Assembly (NCBI GenBank): GCA_965248445.1
Contig: CBDFJG010000002.1
Span: 608,001 to 672,000, forward strand
Reading direction: 5' to 3'
Length of the DNA stretch: 64,000 nucleotides
Origin: Planctomycetota bacterium
Lineage (GTDB): Bacteria; Planctomycetota; JAJSAM01; JAJVHW01
How positions within the stretch are numbered: position 1 is the first letter of the stretch; each line of letters opens with the position of its first letter. A program made the position numbers and the translations under genes. Below are positions 59,356-64,000 of this stretch, in pieces. The notes under the pieces were generated by a model. That model had not been told where the DNA came from. It made no database searches and was given only the letters and a program-made list of their open reading frames with translations.

Positions 59356-60603
59356 CTATCGCCGCCGTTGGTGGCGGTATGGCTGTTCCAGGATCAGCGC
59401 GCCCAGCGCCGTTGCGAACAGCCGCCCTCCGGTCGTGCGCTCGTAGGTGCCCTCGGGGTCCCACGAGCCGCGCCGGCACCCATTCTTCTCCTGGTGACCG
59501 ACAAGTGCGGACTTGGCCTTGCCGAACCACCCCGACCAGGCCGCGCCGCCCGCGTGGAAGGTCGCGATCGTGCCGTACCACCACTGGTACATGGACAGGT
59601 TGCCGATCTGCACCGGCACCTTCCCGCGGCCGGGCACCTTGCGCGTCTTGAACGTGATCTTCCAGACGGGCTTCTGGCCGGAGATCAGGCCCATGTTCTG
59701 GCGATGTGCCGGCAGGTTCGTGCCGGCACGCAGCAGATGGCGGATCGCCGCGCCGCCGTGCGCGTTCGAGGACGTCGGCGTGTAGCCGTACCGGCGGCCC
59801 TCCTTCAGGTACGCGAGCCGGCCTTTCTTGTCGACCTCGAGGGTCGCGAGGTAGCCGAGTACTCCGTCGCGTGTCTCGTCGTCGAGCGCGACGCCCGCGT
59901 CGACGGCAGTGACGAGCGCCTGCACGCAGAGCGCGGTGTACGGAACGTCGCTGCCGGGGCGGCCGGGTGCGACGTATCCCCAGGCGCCGTCCTTCTGCCG
60001 CCGCGCGAGGATCGCGGCAACTCCCCGCTCGACGTCCTCGGTCCAGCGTCCCTTTCGCTCCAGCGCCTCCGCCTCCGCAAATGCCTGGGTCGCGAGCGGC
60101 AACGTCCACGTGTCGCCGCGGCCGCGCAGCAGTTCGAGCGTCTTCTCCACGAGTTCGGCGTACGGATCTTCCGGCGTTCCGGGGGCGTGACCGTGACCGA
60201 GGAACGCCAGCGTCGCGAGGGCCGACAGCGCACCGTCGAACGGACACGGCACGGCCTCGCCGTGATGGCCCTTGCCGATGCCGTCGCAGGCCTTCTTGTC
60301 CTCCTCGCACGCATCGGGGAACCCGTCCGCGTCCCAGCCGCCGCCCTCGAGAGCGTGCCGGGCCAGCCAGTCGAGGGCCGCCACGACGGACTTCTCCGTC
60401 GCGCTGTTTCCTCCGCCTTTCTGGTTGGCCCTCTTGCGCGCGTCGCCCCGGCGGGGGCCGACCAGCACGGGCTCCGGCAGAGCCGGCGCTTCGGGCGCCG
60501 CGGTCTCGTCCTCCGCGAACGCCCAACCCAGACTCACGGGGCCCAGACTCACCAGGGACGTCGCGACCAGCGTGACGGCGAGAAGACGGAGAGGCGCTTT
60601 CAC
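59356..60603 (-). CDS. Secreted prenyltransferase/squalene-cyclase repeat (alpha6/alpha6 barrel) protein
   Basis: ALDWLARH..GGW, RQKDGAWGY, GSWDP, GGRLFATALGAL. Confidence 0.8.
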   Translation of the reverse strand: MKAPLRLLAVTLVATSLVSLGPVSLGWAFAEDETAAPEAPALPEPVLVGPRRGDARKRANQKGGGNSATEKSVVAALDWLARHALEGGGWDADGFPDACEEDKKACDGIGKGHHGEAVPCPFDGALSALATLAFLGHGHAPGTPEDPYAELVEKTLELLRGRGDTWTLPLATQAFAEAEALERKGRWTEDVERGVAAILARRQKDGAWGYVAPGRPGSDVPYTALCVQALVTAVDAGVALDDETRDGVLGYLATLEVDKKGRLAYLKEGRRYGYTPTSSNAHGGAAIRHLLRAGTNLPAHRQNMGLISGQKPVWKITFKTRKVPGRGKVPVQIGNLSMYQWWYGTIATFHAGGAAWSGWFGKAKSALVGHQEKNGCRRGSWDPEGTYERTTGGRLFATALGALILEQPYRHQRRR

Positions 60604-60612
60604 GCGCTGAGG

Positions 60613-62811
60613 TTAGTCGCCCTCGCGGACCGTGGGGTCCGGGTACACGTGGCAGGTGCTCTGGAACGGCAGGTACTTCGCCCACTTCTTCGCCACGTGG
60701 TCGGCTGTCCGCTGGAAGTCCGACCGGAACGCATCAGTGTCGCGCTCCTCGATCTTGGCGCTCCTCACGGAGCGCTCGATCAGCGTGCCGTCGGGCAGCA
60801 CGAGCTTGTGCACGACCGGCGCGTCGATGACGTAGCTCCTCAGACCGCGGTCGCGCGCCGCCATGCAGAGATCCGCCCCGTAGCAGTGGAAGCCCGGTAC
60901 GCCGGGGTCGAACTCGAGCCCACGGGAGGCCCGGAACCCGAGCCACAGTTCATCGAGGATCTGCACCTCGGCCGGCAGGCCGGTCTTCGGGGGCTTGTGG
61001 TACTTGTGCGGGTCGCTCCAGTGGCCGATGTTCGGCGGCTCGGACCCGTCTCCGGTCGCCGGCGCGCGACCGGCTGCGCCCACGACGCCCCAGTGCGGGT
61101 CCCGCGCTTCAAGCTCTGCCAGGGCACGGAAGAGACGGTCCTCCCAGTCCGGCGGGAAGAAGACGTCCTGGTGCACGTGGAAGCGCAGGTCGTGTCGCGC
61201 GCGCTTCGACGCGTCGTTGTACAGACGCGAGATCGAGCTGTACGCGCGGTTCCCACCGTTCTCGACGAACAGCCATTGGTGGCCGCCGTGCTGAAAGCAC
61301 TCCGAGACCAGGACGTGGCGGCGCAGTTCGTCGGCATCCGCGACCGCGACGATGAACGTGATCGGCTCACGCTCGTCGATCGGGATCTCGTCGTACGTGC
61401 GGTGTTTCTCGAGCGGCATCAGCTTGCGGCGCGAGCGCGTCTTGCGCACGAACCGCGGCCACTGCTCGCTGAAGCCCAGCAGGTCGGTCTCCTCCCCCGA
61501 GTTCGTGCGCGCGCGCACGGCCGCGGCCAATCCGCCTTCCTCGCGCTCCGGCCGCCGTAAGGGCCTCTGCGCGCCGGAGGCGCGATTGACGTGCTCGCCG
61601 GGGTCGAGGGCGAGGTCGTACTCCTCGCGCCAGGACTGGCGGCCGATGCGGCTCTCGATCGTCTTGCGGGGCCACGCGATGGTTGCGCGGCTCGCCAGGT
61701 CGTAGCGCTTGTACTCGTACCGCCGCATCCGGTCCCCGGCGTCACCGGGAGGCAGATACAGATAGCCGAAGTCCTCCGCGTGGATCTCGCGCGCCGCGGG
61801 CAGCCGGCGAAGATCGTGTCCCGGCAGCGCTGCGGCAGCCTCGTCTGCGCCGCCGATCCCGAGAAGCGTGGGCGCGACGTCGATGAGCGAACACGGGGCG
61901 GTGACCTCACTGCCGGGTGGCGGCGCGCCATCGACACTCGGCGGGTAGACGACCAGCAGCGGGACGCGCAGAAGGTCGTCGTGGAGCCTCCCGCAGTGAT
62001 GCACGCGCTCGCGGTCGGCGTCGAAGCCCTCGCCGTGGTCCGACGCCAGGACGACGACCGTCGTGCTCCAGTCGATGGGGGCGAGTGCGGCGGCCAGGCG
62101 CCGGTCGAACTCCTCGATGCCTCCGTCGTACTTGGCCAGGAGGGCACGGCGGACCTGATCCGTGGTGAGACCGTTGGGCGGTTCGCGAAACACGAACGGA
62201 CCGTCGCGAAACGAGCGGAGAACGGGCGGCACGGGTCCGCCGAGGAAGCGTTCGACATCCACCGTCCAGGGGCGCTCCTCGTCGTAGTCGTGCACGAGGT
62301 TCGTGTGGAGCATGGCGAACCAGGGCCGGCCGTCGTCGCCGCGCGATCCGAGCCACTCGTCGAACGCTTCGAACGGGGCGTCCTTCTCGTGTTTGTGGAA
62401 CCAGCGATACGCCTCGAAGCCCTCCTGCCACCCGAAGTGCTTCCAGACCTCGGGCCGGCGTTCGAAACCGAGCGCGTCCAGCGTCTCTTTCGGGATGTCG
62501 TCGGGGACCAGGTTCCCGTTGTTGCCGATCCCGAGCGTCGCCCAACCGTGTCCGAGAAGAGCCGGGATCTTCGGAGCTTGGAATCGGTGTTCGTGGTGAA
62601 CCAGACCATGCTCACTCGGCAGTCGTCCGGTCAGCAGCGAGGCGCATGCCGGAAGCGTCCACCCGCAAGGGGACCAGCAGTGCGTGTGGCGCACTCCGCG
62701 CTCGGTCAGCTCGGATAGGAACGGGGTCTCTGCGCGAGCTGCCGGGGCGGGGGCGAGGCGGTCGAAGCGCAGGTCGTCGACGACCACGAGCAGGAGGTTC
62801 GGCTGGGCCAC
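60613..62811 (-). CDS. Sulfatase-like (alkaline phosphatase superfamily) domain fused to a GT2-like glycosyltransferase domain
   Basis: PNLLLVVVDDLRFD, WTLPACASLLTG, SDHGE, RVPLL; C-terminal HQDVF, VVGAAG, ILDE, FHCYGADLC. Confidence 0.8.
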   Translation of the reverse strand: MAQPNLLLVVVDDLRFDRLAPAPAARAETPFLSELTERGVRHTHCWSPCGWTLPACASLLTGRLPSEHGLVHHEHRFQAPKIPALLGHGWATLGIGNNGNLVPDDIPKETLDALGFERRPEVWKHFGWQEGFEAYRWFHKHEKDAPFEAFDEWLGSRGDDGRPWFAMLHTNLVHDYDEERPWTVDVERFLGGPVPPVLRSFRDGPFVFREPPNGLTTDQVRRALLAKYDGGIEEFDRRLAAALAPIDWSTTVVVLASDHGEGFDADRERVHHCGRLHDDLLRVPLLVVYPPSVDGAPPPGSEVTAPCSLIDVAPTLLGIGGADEAAAALPGHDLRRLPAAREIHAEDFGYLYLPPGDAGDRMRRYEYKRYDLASRATIAWPRKTIESRIGRQSWREEYDLALDPGEHVNRASGAQRPLRRPEREEGGLAAAVRARTNSGEETDLLGFSEQWPRFVRKTRSRRKLMPLEKHRTYDEIPIDEREPITFIVAVADADELRRHVLVSECFQHGGHQWLFVENGGNRAYSSISRLYNDASKRARHDLRFHVHQDVFFPPDWEDRLFRALAELEARDPHWGVVGAAGRAPATGDGSEPPNIGHWSDPHKYHKPPKTGLPAEVQILDELWLGFRASRGLEFDPGVPGFHCYGADLCMAARDRGLRSYVIDAPVVHKLVLPDGTLIERSVRSAKIEERDTDAFRSDFQRTADHVAKKWAKYLPFQSTCHVYPDPTVREGD

Positions 62812-63126
62812 GCCGTCAGGGGAACGCGCGCTCGTCGGGAACGCCAGATTCGAGCGGCACGTGCGGTCGCCCCCGGGAGGCCGGCCCCCGGGAGAAGGGA
62901 GAAGGCTGCCCCGGGAGGAGCCTGTAAAGCAGCGCAGCGCGGCGCGCGGCGGGGGTCGCCGCGCTGCGCGCATGGGCCGGTTCGCTGTGCGTGTGAGATG
63001 GGAAGGAGGGGAGACGTCAGCTAGTCGCGTGCTTCGCGACTCCGGCAGCGGTTCAAACAGCCTTGCGCGCCGGCCTATTCCCCACGCGCACGCCCGAGCG
63101 CGCCCGGTGCTCAGCAGAGGACGCAT

Positions 63127-63166
63127 GAAAGAACGGAGCCCCGCCGCGTATGCGGCGGGGCTCCGT
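63127..63166 (-). terminator. Rho-independent terminator
   Basis: Perfect 15-bp stem ACGGAGCCCCGCCGC / GCGGCGGGGCTCCGT, followed on the minus strand by TCTTTC, just after the stop at 63192. Confidence 0.8.
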
Positions 63167-63191
63167 GAGCCCATTCGCTCCGAAGGAAGGG

Positions 63192-63482
63192 CTAGAGCTT
63201 CTTCTTCGGAGGGAGTCCGCGGCCCTTGCGCATTTTGTTGATGCGCGAGAGCTTCTCGGCCGCGCTGTAGTTGGCCCACGGGTTCTTCCTGGGCTTGCTG
63301 CTCTTGCGGCGCCGTTTCACCGCCGTGCCCGGGGGACGGCCGCGTTTGGCGCCGCCTACGAGGCTCCGCAGGTCGGCAAGCGCCTCCTCGCGGCCCTCCT
63401 TGCGCGCCGTTTCGACCAGGTTGGAGAGTCGCCTCTCCAGGTCGGACAGCAGCGCATCAGTCTTGTTCGCAATTCGTGGCAT
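63192..63482 (-). CDS. Small basic protein with AT-hook, possibly nucleoid-associated
   Basis: AAGGAG RBS, coiled-coil N-terminus, KRGRPP, Lys/Arg-rich tail, own terminator. Confidence 0.8.
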   Translation of the reverse strand: MPRIANKTDALLSDLERRLSNLVETARKEGREEALADLRSLVGGAKRGRPPGTAVKRRRKSSKPRKNPWANYSAAEKLSRINKMRKGRGLPPKKKL

Positions 63483-63744
63483 TCAGTCTCCTTCTCGGGA
63501 CCGTGTCCCGTCGATCGGTGAAAAGGTCTCCAGGAATTCCGCCATGTAGAAGGGTAACGAAGGGATTTCCGCGAGGCCAAGACCGGCTGCCGGTCGCGCA
63601 GGCTCGACGTTGCGACGTTGGGCGTCGACAACGCGGAACGTGTGGTGCATTCGCCACGAGGACGATGTGCAAATGCATCGACATCTCCCCAAAGCAGCGT
63701 TCAGAAATCGCCATATACGAGCGAACCCCTGCCGGTGAGGACCT

Positions 63745-63948
63745 GTGAAGACTGAGCCCAATTCCCCTGCGCGACTTCGCCGCCCGCACTTCGACCCCTG
63801 GATCGGGGACTACGCGGCGGACAGGCTCGATTCACACTCTTCGCGCCTGCTGGAGACGCACGTGACCGGCTGCGATCTCTGCTTCGCCGCCCTCGTCGCC
63901 GCGTACGTCCGCGGCGCCCCCGCGCCGCAGTCCACGCCAACGGCATAG
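63745..63948 (+). CDS. Stand-alone zf-HC2 (anti-sigma zinc-binding) domain protein
   Basis: DYAADRL...LETHVTGCDLC matches HxxxCxxC; GAGG RBS. Confidence 0.6.
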   Translation: MKTEPNSPARLRRPHFDPWIGDYAADRLDSHSSRLLETHVTGCDLCFAALVAAYVRGAPAPQSTPTA

Positions 63949-64000
63949 CCCTTGCCTCCCTCTGCCGCCGCGCGATTGCGGCGAAACGGCAGGAGGATGC

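Overview
High-GC bacterial chromosomal window. Its gene content (secreted HEAT/VWA proteins, a prenyltransferase-repeat protein, CarboxypepD-like repeats, a giant Kelch/Ig surface protein) suggests Planctomycetota; this is an inference. Housekeeping genes: clsB/ybhP-like pair, cysteine desulfurase, trxA, rpmH, thiD, purB, nnrD, type II asparaginase, DUF151 nuclease, M16/M18/M36 peptidases, ogt and two tRNA-Ser. Accessory loci of most interest: (1) a three-gene minor-pilin-like cluster next to tRNA-Ser(GCT), whose middle gene reconstructs to a ~1170-aa giant pilin split by a complete single-ORF IS66 element (12-bp IRs, 8-bp TSD); (2) a cyclase-STAND ATPase-TPR gene at the 3' end of tRNA-Ser(TGA), followed by a truncated copy of its own start and bracketed in inverted orientation by a structured 80-160 bp repeat family whose hairpins covary; (3) a 2337-aa modular surface protein behind a long structured leader; (4) a Thr-nucleophile sulfatase-like/GT2-like fusion; (5) several apparently catalytically dead enzymes (pseudokinase, Cys-poor NifU-like domain, two zincin-like domains); (6) a small AT-hook protein that may be nucleoid-associated. 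Four frameshifts, three of them in short homopolymer runs, may be sequencing errors. All family calls come from motifs recognised by eye; no database was searched.
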